Counted from the stretch's first letter, positions 50,370-63,022 are shown. The stretch is 64,000 bases of DNA from Octopus vulgaris (GCA_951406725.2 OX597814.1:218736001-218800000); one strand, 5' to 3'. Numbers and translations are program-made. The notes: generated by a model not told the origin, from the sequence alone.

Positions 50370-51024
50370 AAAGCAAGAAATGGAACAAGAACGCACAGGC
50401 GACAACAAAACATTCGGACAGTTAGACGATGCAAAAAAGGACAGGAAAAAAAAAGGACGGGTCATTCGGAGCTTTCAATCTTCAGTCGAGTACTAGATCG
50501 TCTTTGCAGTTTCCGCCGGTTACTCTCGAGACTGCTCTAATCTGGCCGGCCCCAAGAAAATCTAACCTATGAGCACTAGATTCTTTGGAAGAAAGCAAGC
50601 GAATATATAGGAAAACAAGGACAAAAAAGAAACGGAGAAATAGTACACAATTACAAATGCAAATAAGAGGACATTAACAACAGGTGTCTTTCGACCAAGG
50701 ACGAATTGAATTAAGCTGGCGTGTGTGGAAGTGAAGCCTTACAACAGGATAGGTAGACAGCCTATCAACCTACCTATATTTCTATCTGTCCATCTCCATT
50801 ATCATGGAACCTCCCCCTCCCCCCAAAAAACAATGTTCTCTTCTAAACAAAACCTCTAAAAATACATTTTATATAAATGAACAAGCTGTTTATACATTCA
50901 CAAAATTTTATTTGACAAGTTTGAGAAAGGAACGAAAGCGCTATTAATAATGAAGAAATAAAAAGATTTTTCTTCCAAAATTCTGACGACTTTTTTCTTA
51001 ATATGTGTGTGTGTGTGTGTGTGA

Positions 51025-51090
<66 letters not shown>

Positions 51091-51674
51091 ATTTTGTAGA
51101 TGCATATAACCCAAGTGAAGTCGATTTATGCTTTAGTGTCGAGTTGCAACTTGCCCCTGGGGATGTAGCCATCCTCTCTGTAACATACATACCTCAGCCG
51201 ACGCAGCCTGCTCCCTTTGAGTAGGTCATGCATGCAGGAGAGGCTGTCGTGCGTTAGAATCGTAATGTTGTCCACTTATCTTACCAGAATATGCCCTGGG
51301 CGAGGCAAAAACTTTTCAGATTGAACGAGTTGCGTCTTCTCTTCTACTCTCTAGCGTACATTGTTTAAATCTCGCTGCCATCTCGTAGTTTGCCGACATC
51401 AAAAGTTTTCGACACTGCCACGTTACTTTCACTATCACTTTGATGTTTTCTCACACCAACTTAATGAGTCCAGCGAGTTGCGGTTGTTGCATTCTCAGTC
51501 CTCTTATCGATTATTCTTCTCCCGTATAAATACGTGGCATTGTACCAATGTAAAAAGGAAATATTATAATCAACCGACTTTAACTCGTCTTACTACAAAG
51601 GAAACTTATCCTGTCCCGCAGCGAAATAAACCATTAGTTTTGTAGTTATTCATTTGTTATTTACATAGTTATTG

Positions 51675-52051
51675 GGAGGCGCAATGGCCCAGTGGTTAAG
51701 GCAGCAGCAGGATCGCGGTTTCGATTCCCAGACCGGGCGTTGTGAGTGTTTATTGAGCGAAAACTCCTAAAGTTCCACGAGGCTCCGGCAGGGGATGGTG
51801 GTGATCCCTGCTGTACTCTTTCACCACAACTTTCTCTCACTCTCACTCTTACTTCCTGTTTCTGTTGTACCTGTATTTCAAAGGGCCGGCCTTGTCACTC
51901 TCTGTGCCACGCTGAATATCCTCAAGAACTACGTTAAGGGTACACGTGTCTGTGGAGTGCTCAGCCACTTACACGTTAATTTCACGAGCAGGCTGTTCCG
52001 TTGATTCGGATCAACCGGAACCCTCCTCGTCGTAACCGACGGAGTGCTTCC
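51675..52051 (+). mobile_element. SINE family B, near full length
   Basis: Perfect 12-bp TSD ACATAGTTATTG. Confidence 0.9.
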
Positions 52052-52329
52052 ACATAGTTATTGATTCAGTGAAATTAAACTAGGGTTTAGTTTCTTATCG
52101 CTTTAATTACAACTTAACCCTTAGTCTACCAGAGAAAATGTATGTCACTAATTACCAACTGGGTCCAACGGACCCAATATTTTTCTTTTAGTTAAAATTT
52201 ATTCAAACTACCACATTAATCTTAGCTACATTATATACGCTATCAGGTGAATGATTCTCACAAATTTTAATTTCAAAAATACAGCTTACGGAATATATTA
52301 TGAATTTAAAAAATCACAAAAATACAGAA

Positions 52330-53831
52330 TTACAGCTCTTCATGGCAGCGAATGCAGACGTCATTGGAATGTTTGTTCTTGGCAAACATGGAGATTACAA
52401 TTCTTACATGTAGTACGAGTTTTCCTGTTTTGGGTGGAGGCACACAAAGAACATCTTCCTTTTTTTCTTTGGCTGAGGAATCTCAAAATGAGGTTGACGT
52501 TTGTGTTCTTTTCTTGTTTGGTTGAGAAATGTTAGCGGAACTAGAAGACTGTTTGTCTTGTTCTTGTTGAGCATTAACTCCAGCAAGTTCCTTTCCTAAC
52601 TGAATTAGTCCCCGTCTTCTTTTATCTTTGAAACTTTGCAAGTGAAACTGTTTAGCAACAATGAAAACATTCACTGCACTTATATCAGTCATGTTGTAGA
52701 ATATAACCATAGGCCATCTTCGAGTCATTCTTTTGCAAGTGTATGTCCTTACCATCTTATCTAGGGTATCTACTCCTCCTTTTGTTTTGTTGTAACATGT
52801 AGTAACTTCAAGTTTCTTTTCAGCACTTTTTGAATCAATCGAAGGCTGAGAGTGCATTGTACTCAGAAATATGACGACATAATTTTTCTTGGGACAATAA
52901 GATAGGATCATAGAATCCTTTCGAAATCCAAATATTGTGTTGTTGATTTCTTTTCCATTTGTGGAAGCACTTGGAAGTTCAACTCTGTTCTTTCTAATTG
53001 TTCCAACTAAAACAGTTTTCTTGCTAAGCAGCTCTCGAGCCAATCCTAGACTTGTAAAAAATTATCACAAGTTATATTGCGACCACTAATTTCAAGTTCT
53101 TTTACTAGGTCTCCAACAATTCTTGAACCTTGATTTGTCTCTCTCCCTTTTACTGGGTCTTTTCTAGTGTAGATTTGCATTTTCCAGGCATAAAATGTTT
53201 AACTGTTGCATATTGCCCAAATTTTAATTCTATATTTCCCTAGTTTTGAAGGAATATATACCCAGAGTGGGCAATGTCCTCTGAATGAAACTAATTGTTC
53301 ATCAACTGTCATGCATGAACTTGGAGCATATCCATCTTGCAAATTATGATTCCACATTTCAAATACTTCTCTTATGGACTCCAATTTATCATCACTTCTC
53401 TTTTTTCTTCTTGCACTAGCATCCTCAAAACGCAATACTTGTAAAATCTGTTGAAATCTTCCCCAGCTCATAATTTTGTTGAATATTGGGCGGCCATCTT
53501 CTTGACTCCATAACTGTGTGACATTTTCATGTTTAGATTTATAAAAACCTATAAGAATGATCAGTCCAATAAATTTCTTTAGCTCAGAGTGATCAATTTC
53601 CTAAACAACCTGACCTTCAACATTTGTCCATTTACGAATTACTTCAAGAAGATTCTGGCATATAAAGATCGTAAAACACATTTCAATGCTATCGCAAAAC
53701 CTTTTAGCAAAATGGGATGGTCCACATTCTTGGCGCACAATATTGCAAGATGAAGTTCTTACTGCTGCTTGAATAAGAGGGTTAGAATGCCAAACATCTT
53801 GTCTGTCTCTAGAAACATATTGCTCATTCAT
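52330..53831 (-). pseudogene. piggyBac transposase pseudogene
   Basis: TVDEQLVSFRGHC...YIPSKLGKYRIK, ITCDNF, VGTIRKNR, FLSTMH, YNKTKGGVDTLDKM...RMTRRWP, C-terminal Cys-rich region; stops and frameshifts. Confidence 0.92.
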
Positions 53832-53851
53832 AATTGTGTGGCTTGGAGGTA

Positions 53852-53998
53852 ATTACATTATTTACATTTGACGGATATTTGTCGTCATCTTGTTTGTTGT
53901 TGGCACAACGTTTCGGCTGATATACCTTCCAGCCTTCATCAGGTGTCTTGAGGAAATTTCGAACCAGGGTTCTCATTCCTAAGGTATTTTTCGATGTC

Positions 53999-54040
<42 letters not shown>

Positions 54041-54153
54041 ATTATTATTATTATTATTATAATTATTATTATTATTATTCAGGTCACTCCTGGAATCGAA
54101 CTCGGAATCTTGGGGTTAGTAGCCCGCTCTCTTAACCACTACGCCATATGCCC
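53852..54153 (-). mobile_element. Inverted PLE terminal repeat: tRNA-like head, (TAA)n spacer and hammerhead
   Basis: The minus strand reads GGGCATATGGCGTAGTGGTTAAGAGAGCGGGCTACTAACCCCAAGATTCCGAGTTCGATTCCAGG, then (TAA)n, then a hammerhead. The head recurs in + orientation at 54794-54870. Confidence 0.8.
53902..53947 (-). ncRNA. Minimal type I hammerhead ribozyme
   Basis: GACAC-CTGATGA-A-GGCTG-(GAAGGTATAT)-CAGCC-GAAAC-GTT-GTGCC: intact core, 5-bp stem II, palindromic stem III AACGTT, GUU triplet and 4 of 5 pairs in stem I. Confidence 0.8.
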
Positions 54154-54870
54154 ACTCCAGTTATGAAGAAAAGAGGGGATGAAGCCAATAAACTGTCCAT
54201 GTTAAAGGCCTTTCCGAAAAGATACAAAAGATATGCGGCCCATATGACATTAGGACAGTATTCAAGAGTAATACAACACGCAAAGCTGTGACACAAGGAG
54301 ATATTAACAAATCGGGTATAATTGACCATGTGTGGGAAAATGGAGACCACCTCCCCCTGTGGGATGAAGTTAAAATAATAGACAGAAAACACCACTGGAA
54401 AATAGGAAAAATAGCAGCACATATGCTAGGACACAACAACCTCCTAAGCAGACTGAGTGCAGATATGAGTAGCATATTGGAACCGGTATTAAGGAAGGCG
54501 GCGAGCTGGCAGAAACGTTAGCGTGTCGGGCGAAATGCTTAACCGTATTTCGTCTGCTGCTACGTTCTGAGTTCAAATTCCGCCGAGGTCGACTTTGCCT
54601 TTCGTCCTTTCGGGGTCGATAAATTAAGTACCAGTTATGCACTGGGGTCGGTGTAATCGACTTAATACCTATGTCTGTCCTTGTTTGTCCCTTCTATGTT
54701 TAGCCCCTTGTGGGTAATAAAGAAATAGGTATTAAGGAAGGATAGGAAAATATTAGAATTATAAGTCCTAAAATTCACTCCATAATTGCCCATGGGCATA
54801 GTGGTTAAAAGCGCGGGCTACTAACCCCAAAATTCCTAGTTTGATTCCAAGCAGTGACCCTAATAATAAA
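54154..54870 (+). mobile_element. Penelope-like element 3' fragment (internally deleted linker/GIY-YIG) plus start of the direct terminal repeat
   Basis: VKGLSEKIQKICGPYDIRTVFKSNTT and NKSGIIDHVWENGDHLPLWDEVKIIDRK..WK...NLLSR.SADMSSILEPVLR; interrupted by SINE C. Confidence 0.8.
54495..54727 (+). mobile_element. SINE family C
   Basis: Family match; direct repeat GGTATTAAGGAAGG at 54485 and 54728. Confidence 0.88.
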
Positions 54871-55613
54871 AACCTTTTCGATATTTGGTCTCACTAAAGT
54901 GTTCATGTCTAGGCATATTGGAAAGCACCACTGAACTATATGAAACTTGATAGCAGACTAAAGGCAGATATTGCTCTCCCACATAGTTATACTCTCCTGA
55001 AAGTTGATGCATTATATTGTAAGAACTGTTTCATCACATAGAAATATTGCATCACCCCATAACCTAGCAGATTGAAGGTGATGCATTACCACACAAATTT
55101 ACAGGAATATTTTCATAATTTTCCCTATTTTCTCTGAAATTCAGCAAATAGATTGAATACAATTTTATCTATTTTATATCCGATAAATAGCTAGGAAAAT
55201 AATATTTTATACTGCTTAGAATGACAAGAGTATTGTCTGAATTTAATTCAAGGGCCCAGTGGGCCCATATGGTAATTAAAGTGCGAAGTGAAATTTTCTA
55301 GCTTTTATAAACACACAGAACATTTCTCATTTGACAAATAAAAGAGAGTCAAGAAAAAATATAAAAAAGTCATGAGAATCAGCAGAATCAAATAATATAA
55401 ACAGAAGGAAAAAGCAACTGAAAAAACTGAAACGGGTCTGTTGGATCCATTGGTAGACAGAAGGTTAATGAATCTTTCTTAAGTATCTTTAATATTAATT
55501 ATGATACAAAAAGCAATAGGTGATGAAGTCGGTAGAGCTTCAAACAGGCAGTTCTCTATTTAATGACGCCCGTTTCCTTTATGGTATTCGAAACTTTCAT
55601 CATCTTGTGGTCT

Positions 55614-55880
55614 AAGGCGGCGAACTGGCAGAATCGTTACCACGCTAAACGTTCAGAGCTCAAATGCTTACGTTCAGAGCTCAAATGCTTACGTTCAGAG
55701 CTCAAATGCTTACGTTCAGAACTCAAATGCTTACGTTCAGAGCTCAAATGCTTACGCTCAGAGTTCAAATGTTATCTAGGTCGACTTTACCTTTTATCCT
55801 TTCTGGAGTCAATCAGATAAGTATCAGTTGAGTACTAGAGTCGGTGTAATCGACTTACTTCTCCCCTCAAAATTTCTAAC
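55614..55880 (+). mobile_element. SINE family C with internal 21-bp tandem repeat (55649-55774)
   Basis: ACGTTCAGAGCTCAAATGCTT, six units. Confidence 0.85.
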
Positions 55881-57066
55881 CTGTACAAAAAAAAAAAAAG
55901 AAGAAAGAAAAAAAGGGAATATTAGAAAGAATTATTTTGGGGTCTATAACAAACGTTCTGAATCTGATAGATTTCGTGACGCCCTGGAGAGCGAAATGAA
56001 GTGAAAACTTACAGTCCCACTTCGTATGGGAAACAAACAATTACAGTCCCACTTCGTACGGAAAGTTTAAAAACAAAACACATTTTAAAATGGAAAATTT
56101 TTGAAAGAAAAAAATAAAGAAAATTATTGCTTACTCTATTAATCCTTCGTTTGTATAAAAATATGTTATAAATAACAGGTTTTTTTAAGATGCCCAAGAA
56201 ATATTATAAAATTTATAAAACCTACAGTTATACAGGTAGCGTGGAGTGGGGAAGCTGGTCTTCCATAAACACCTTGTCCGGTCTTGTGCTTCGGAGAGTA
56301 ACTTTCTACGTGCAATCCCATGATCATTCGTGACCGAAGGGGGAGGGTGTTTACTCATAGTCACAAAAATATCGAGTTTATAAAATATGATGCCTTCCAC
56401 AACAAATGGTGTTCATAAAAATGAATACCTAAAATTTAGGAACACTTCTGGGGGGTTTTTTTTTTTTGGGGGGGGGGGGGTTGACGTCCCGAAGGTATCA
56501 ACGGTCAATTATTTCGTAATGAGTTTGTCTTAATTTTTTGTCTCTCTATCCATCATTGCACAAGCACACGAAACATTAACACGAACTATCTGTCATTGCA
56601 GTTCGCTCTTAGTGTCATGAAATAAAAGACACTTCAGTCGTCGCTTCAACTATCTTCACTCTGAAAACGTTGATAAAAATCGTGATGGATTTTTAAGAAA
56701 TACTGCTTTGTTTCCATTGCCACTCATTCAAAGATGTATATTTATGATGGCAAACCGGGCAAAAAGTGTACCCTGCCAAGAAAACCTAAAAGGGAATGGC
56801 TAAAAAGTGCAAACAGTAGAGCTACATGAGAAATAAAAGCAAATTGAAATAAATGAAAATATCCTGTATAATGAATCTACTAACAAGAAATAATATTTTT
56901 AAGAGTCTAACAAGTGAGTAAAAAATTGTAATTATAATAACTTATTTCTTCGAAAATCAATGATATAGGGAAGATTATTAAGGGATAGCTGTTTCGAAAT
57001 TTGCAACTTCTCTACTCTGATTATAATCTCATGTTTATGCCAGTAACTATTGTGGCACTTGGTTAT

Positions 57067-57482
57067 TACTCTTTTTTAAAATTTTTTTTATTTGTTTCAG
57101 TCATTTGACTGCGGCCATGCTGGAGGACCGCCTTTAGTCGAGCAACTCGACCCCGGGACTTATTCTTTTGTAAGCCCAGTACTTATTCTATCGGTCTCTT
57201 TTGCCGAACCGCTAGATGACGGGGACATAAACACACCAGCATCGGTTGTCAAACAATGCTAGGGAGACAAACACAGACACACAAACACACACATACATAC
57301 ATATATATATATACATATATACGACGGGCTTCTTTCAGTTTCCATCTACCAAATCCACTCACAAGGCTTTGGTCGGCCCGAGGCTATAGTTGAAGACACT
57401 TGCCCAAGGTGCCACGCAGTGGGACTGAACCCAGAACCATGTGGCTGGTAAACAAGCTACTTACCACACAGCCACTCCTGCG
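57067..57482 (-). mobile_element. SINE family A, full length, flanked by 103-bp direct repeats
   Basis: 56964-57066 matches 57485-57587 with 4 mismatches. Confidence 0.9.
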
Positions 57483-57714
57483 ACTATGGGGAAGATTATT
57501 TAGGGACAGCTGTTTCGAAATTTGCAACTTCTCTACTCTGATTATAATCTCATGTTTATGCCAATAACTATTGTGGCACTTGGTTATGTTAGTAAATATT
57601 TAAGTGTGTAAATGTAATCTAAAAAAGTTGGGATTTCCAGGCAAAGAAAGTAACCAGTGAAACGTAGTTTTACAAAGGTAATACGAAAGCGAAACTTCAG
57701 AAATATAAACAAGT

Positions 57715-57833
57715 CTTTTCCAATTATGTGGTTTCGGGTTCAGTACCACTCTACGGTACTCTGGGCAAGTGTCTTCTACTATAGTACCGGGCCGAGCAAA
57801 GCCTTGTGATTGGTAGACGGAAAGAAGCCCGTC

Positions 57834-57864
<31 letters not shown>

Positions 57865-58335
57865 AAAACGTTGAACACAATGAGAAACGAAAACATAAAC
57901 ACAAAACCAAGGAACTGGACATTTTTCTTAAACAATGAAAAAATAGAGTACAGGACAAATAACACAAGGAAAATTCCCCTTCTTCAGTCGCCATGGTTTC
58001 ATCTACTCTGCGTTTCGAAGGTGAAGGTGATACACATCTTCGATAGAAATTTTCCTTCCCGCGAAAAGCAAATTAAATAAAATTTGAGATTTTTTTGCGG
58101 AGGGGTAAAAATGGTAACAAAAACAGGACAGTAACGACAGTACAAAATATAAACAGGAAAAGACAGGACAAGGAGAATAACAAGACAAGAAGGGCTGTTA
58201 AGCCGAACGAGATAAAATATTACGAACGCTATTTTTGAGAACGGCGAAGGAGCCACAGAAAATGCCGTCTACACTCGGGTGAAGCAAGGTCAGAAAAGAC
58301 AGTAGTTTCCTCATCGCTGACCAGCGACGGGACAG

Positions 58336-58392
<57 letters not shown>

Positions 58393-58603
58393 TTGTGTGT
58401 CTGTGTTTGTCCCCTAGCATTGCTTGACAACCGATGCTGGTGTGTTTACGTCTCCGTTACTTAGCGGTTCGGCAAAAGAGACCGATAGAATAAGTACTGG
58501 GCTTACAAAAGAATAAGTCCTGGGGTCGAGGTGCTCGATTAAAGGCGGTGCTCCAGCATGGCCGCAGTCAAATGACTGAAACAAGTAAAAGAGTAAAAAA
58601 AGA

Positions 58604-58605
<2 letters not shown>
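57715..58605 (+). mobile_element. SINE A halves (5' 57715-57860, 3' 58338-58605) separated by an A-rich insert
   Basis: Family matches on the + strand. The insert 57862-58337 sits in the internal microsatellite. Confidence 0.65.
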
Positions 58606-58653
<48 letters not shown>

Positions 58654-58951
58654 GGAGAGAGAGAGAGAAAATTAAATTAATAATTATTTATTAATTATAA
58701 AATTAGACATCATCTCTAACATCTGTTTCGATTCAAAGCTTTAGAAATTAACATAATCATAAACATATTAAAGCTGAATCTCATTGCAGTTGGCTAAAGA
58801 TATACCATCACCTTTTCATGTTCCACTGCGTTGAGCATTCGGCTCCAAACCGTTACGATTTGGAGCCAGTATATTCATCGGATTTTATTATCCTTTAATG
58901 AAATTTGCAACCTTTATTTGAACTTTTATATATGTGTGTGTATGTATGTGT

Positions 58952-59321
58952 GGAGGCGCAATGGCCCAGTGGTTAGGGCAGCGGACTCGCGGTTTCGATT
59001 CTCAGACCGGGCGTTGTGAGTGTTTATTGAGCGAAAACACCTAAAAAGCTCCACGAGGCTCCGGCAGGGGATGGTGGTGATCCCTGCTGTACTCTTTCAC
59101 CACAACTTTCTCTCACTCTTACTTCCTGTTTCTGTTGTACCTGTATTTCAAAGGGCCGGCCTTGTCACTCTCTGTGTCACGCTGAATATCCCCGAGAACT
59201 ACGGTAAGGGTACACGTGTCTGTGGAGTGCTCAGCCACTTACACGTTAATTTCACGAGCAGGCTGTTCCGTTGATTCGGATCAACCGGAACCCTCATCGT
59301 TGTAACCGACGGAGTGCTTCC
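58952..59321 (+). mobile_element. SINE family B, near full length
   Basis: Family match with a small head deletion; TSD-like TGTATGTATGTGT. Confidence 0.9.
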
Positions 59322-59886
59322 CCCCTGTATGTATGTGTGTGTATGTGTGTGTGGTGTGTATGTGTGTGCGCGCGCGTGTCTTTGTGCCTATGTTTGTTCC
59401 ACCACCATCATTTGGCAGCCATTTGTTTGTTTGTTGACGTCTTCTGTAACATAGCGATTCGGTAAAAGATGCCGATGGAATAAGTACTACACTTTCAAAA
59501 AATTATATTTACTGCGGTCGATTTTTGTTCGACTAAAACCCTTCAAAGTGGTGCCCAGCTTGGCTGCAGCACAAAGGCTGGAACGAGCGAAAGATAAAAT
59601 ATAAAGATCTTAGATAAAACACCACGAGAATTTGAAATAAACTTCTCGAATTTTTTCTCATGAAATCGTTGTAGTTATATTTATATTATGAAGAATATAT
59701 AAATCGATATATGTAATATTGTTCTATGCATGTGTGGCTTTAGAAGCAGCAGCTGCGGTTTCGCACACACAATGTTTCGTACGTATCTGAAACACACACC
59801 ACAAGGTACATTTAAGATATAATAACAGCAAAAGATAACTATAAGTATTAGATCAAAAGTTACAGATTGTTATCTCCAAATCATTA

Positions 59887-60103
59887 CGAGGGGGTGATGA
59901 AAAGTTCCCGGCTTTAGGTAAAAGAAAATCCTGGAGAAGCAGTGAATTATGATTCTATTCAACATATTCCCCTCTCATATTCATACAGCTATTGGAGAGG
60001 TCCTTCAGTTTTTCTAAGCCCTGCAAAAGAATTCGGAAGTTTGAGTCTCCAGTCAGGCCTTTCGCGACATCCTTAAAGCCAGGAACTTTGAAGCACTCCC
60101 TCG
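59887..60103. mobile_element. Mariner-type MITE
   Basis: TA|CGAGGGGGTGATGAAAAGTTCCCGGCTTTA ... TAAAGCCAGGAACTTTGAAGCACTCCCTCG. Confidence 0.75.
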
Positions 60104-62897
60104 AATATCGTTAGAGTGGACCTCATAAGCTAAGTACAAAGTAAACAGAAACCATAAGGAAAACAATCTGGTTTTATAAAGGCCTCGTGAATAGATTTGG
60201 TAGCCGGAAACAGAAAGAAGACTGTCGTGTGTGTGTGTGTGTGTGTGTGAGAGAGGGGGGAGAGAGGGATTTCTTTCAGTTTCCGGCTACCAAATCCATT
60301 CACAAGGCTTTCGTCGGTCCGAGCTATAGTAGAAAACACTTACTTGCCCAGTGCCATGCAGTAGGGCTGAATCCGAAACCATGTAGTTAGGAAGCAAACT
60401 TCTTAGCCACACAGCCATGCCCTGATTCAAAAATAAATGGTAACATTTTCAAGGTTCAACCCCACCTTATGAACCTTAAATCCCTAATGCTAGATAACGA
60501 GTAGATGTTCTTTTGTTTTTGGTTTTTTTTTTAACAATTTTCAAAAGTGCCTTCGGAGTTTCCGTTATTTCAGACGTTTACTGAAGAGGACAATATTGTT
60601 GTGACAACTAAATGGCTCTTAGTAAGAGAGGTGTCAATTTTACATCCAGCGTGAAACATAAATACATATTGGCCAATGCAAATGCTAATTTCTGCAGTGG
60701 AAACGACTAAAATGCATTTGTCACTCTGACCTTCTTCTGTCAAATTTATGTCATAACTGTCAGTTGATATTGAGAAAATATAAAAGTGAGACCAAACTGA
60801 ACTTCATTTTTTCTTTAGGTAAAGCATTTTCACATCAAGTTCACTTGCATTTATCGTCTTGGCTTCTGTGTTTTATATTTTTTCACACCTATCTTACCTC
60901 ACTTTTCTTTTTAGTTTCTTTGCTTACTACCTCTTCCACCCCCCTCACTTTTTATTCTTCATATTTTTACTCTCTAATGTTTCTTTTTGTCATCTGTTTT
61001 CTTAAGATACTTTCGTTCTTTCATTCTTTCTTTTCAAACCTCTTTCTCCCGCTTTCTTCCACTCGTTCTTTTATTTCCATTGTTTAATGCAAGTCCTCCG
61101 TCGGCCAATGTTCATCACGCATCTGCACATGTATGTGTAGGCCAAGGCAAGATTTTTCGTAGAAGACTAGCAATTATCCATGCATGCGAGTATCTCTTTT
61201 CTACGCCTCCGATGTTTATCCAGGAGAAAAGCCGCCGGCTTGATCCCATACAATCTTAACATCAATGTTGTCGCAGGCGTTGCTATCAGAGCCGAAGTGG
61301 ATATCGCATGACATCTCACCCGATTCTCTAACAGTTCCGCCAATCCACCGCCCTCGGTCAGTATTTTTATAGATCCCGAAAGGTTGAAAGGTGAAAAGTT
61401 GACCTCCACGAGATTTAGAGTGACAGCGTAGAGACTGGGAGCAAAATCTCTAGCGACTCTGCCACCTTATTTTATGTAATATGTTTTTATTTCTCACATT
61501 TTCCTCCAATGTCCTGCTTGTTTTGTCAATTTCCATCACTTACCAAAAGTGAATTAAGTGGTGTTAATAACATTCGGTGAAGTTTTGTTGCATGAAAAAA
61601 TATATGTGCAAATGGTAAGTTACATCTAGTCGGTTACATGTTGTACAGGAATTATACTTCATATGTTTTGCATCGGTGAGGCGTTGTGTCTATGACTAAG
61701 ACACTTGGATCCTTTTTATTTGACGCATCGATGCAGGCATGTCGAAAATGGCCGCATACACGATTGGCTGATTGGCTGAAATACCCCAAAATTTCGGTCA
61801 TTAAGGGCTAATAATAGCTTCTTTATTTTTTTATTTCTCATTCCACAAAAAAAAAATATGTTATAATAGTTGCAATTAGCATGAAAAACTACAACTATAC
61901 AAATTTTTCTTTTAAATCGGAAAAATCCTCTAAACTTATACTAGCAAAGTTTAATTTAGTAACATAGAGCATCAGTTATACAATACTTGTATAGGAAAAA
62001 TTGATCATATGATATACAGAGCCGAAACAAAATACGGTTATGTTAGCTGTCGCAGTTTCATTAATACATCTGGTTAGTTTGTCTAAAATATTAGACAATA
62101 CTTGATAAAGTATTGGACTGCCTACCGGTTTCAGCCAGATTATCGTTCTGATGCCCGAAAGCCAAGGAGATGCCTGTTCTCGTATCTAATGAAGCGCTCC
62201 TTGGCGCAAAAACGAGACCCCGCCATGCTCACACACACAAAACCTCACTGTTCCCTTAGATTTTGAGAGTAAGTTGCCCCGGGGCTCGAAAGCAGTTTTA
62301 TTCCACCTTACAAAATTCCTGACGGAATCCATTGGCATCTATTTAAATCTACTTAATGTCATATTGTAATATTAAGTTTCAGTTGATATTATACTGTCTG
62401 ATGTAGCCTAGATAAGAGGAATAGTTGCTATAGGAAAGTTATTTGCGATAGACAAGCTTCCTGTTGAAGAATGAGAGAGATATCTTTCATCTGCTTAACG
62501 CTGCAGGAATTTGAACTAAGTATGAATACTTGAAATCAGTGAACGGGCTAACTGAGCTGCAAACTATTTATTGGAGGCACATGCAGTTTAGCTTCAGGTC
62601 AGGCGTATAACCGAAAGCATTTACGCAGGGCAACAGTATTCTGGATACATATGTCTCTTTCCCAACTGTGAGTTAAAGATTTTGGCTGTTGCTTTCAGCG
62701 AGTTGAGTGATTACGTATAGTTAAGGGTGTGACTAGGCTTCATGACATTTAGGGCAAATCAATATATTTCTTACCATTAAACCAGCGTACTTTATAATTC
62801 TAGTCAATCCATATTATGGTATATAAATTTGTTTCTCGGAATAATCTGTCATACACTTTTGAGAAGTTTTATAACAAACGAGGATATGTAATGCATG

Positions 62898-62898
<1 letters not shown>

Positions 62899-62959
<61 letters not shown>

Positions 62960-62974
62960 CGCGTGTGTGTGTGC

Positions 62975-63006
<32 letters not shown>

Positions 63007-63022
63007 GCGCGTGCGTGCGTGT

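Larger units (their letters stand above)
52118..55464 (-). mobile_element. piggyBac transposon, complete ends, interrupted by a PLE and a SINE
   Basis: TTAA TSDs (52114-52117, 55465-55468), imperfect TIR CCCTTAGTCTACCA / TGGTAGACAGAAGG, and subterminal GGGTCCAACGGACCC-type palindromes. Confidence 0.9.

Noticed and set aside
54080-54153. Functional tRNA gene (ACT anticodon)
   Set aside because: The acceptor stem does not pair properly, there is no T-run terminator, and it is part of a repeated element. The same applies to the SINE A, B and C heads.
55649-55774. CRISPR-like array
   Set aside because: Contiguous tandem units without unique spacers, in a eukaryotic context.
58285-58325. Hammerhead-like GGTCAG-CGATGAG-GAAAC-TACT-GTC...CTGACC on the minus strand
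   Set aside because: The core is broken and stem II is absent; too degenerate to call.
61740-61790. Tandem ATTGG (CCAAT) boxes as a promoter
   Set aside because: Short motifs with no supporting downstream gene.
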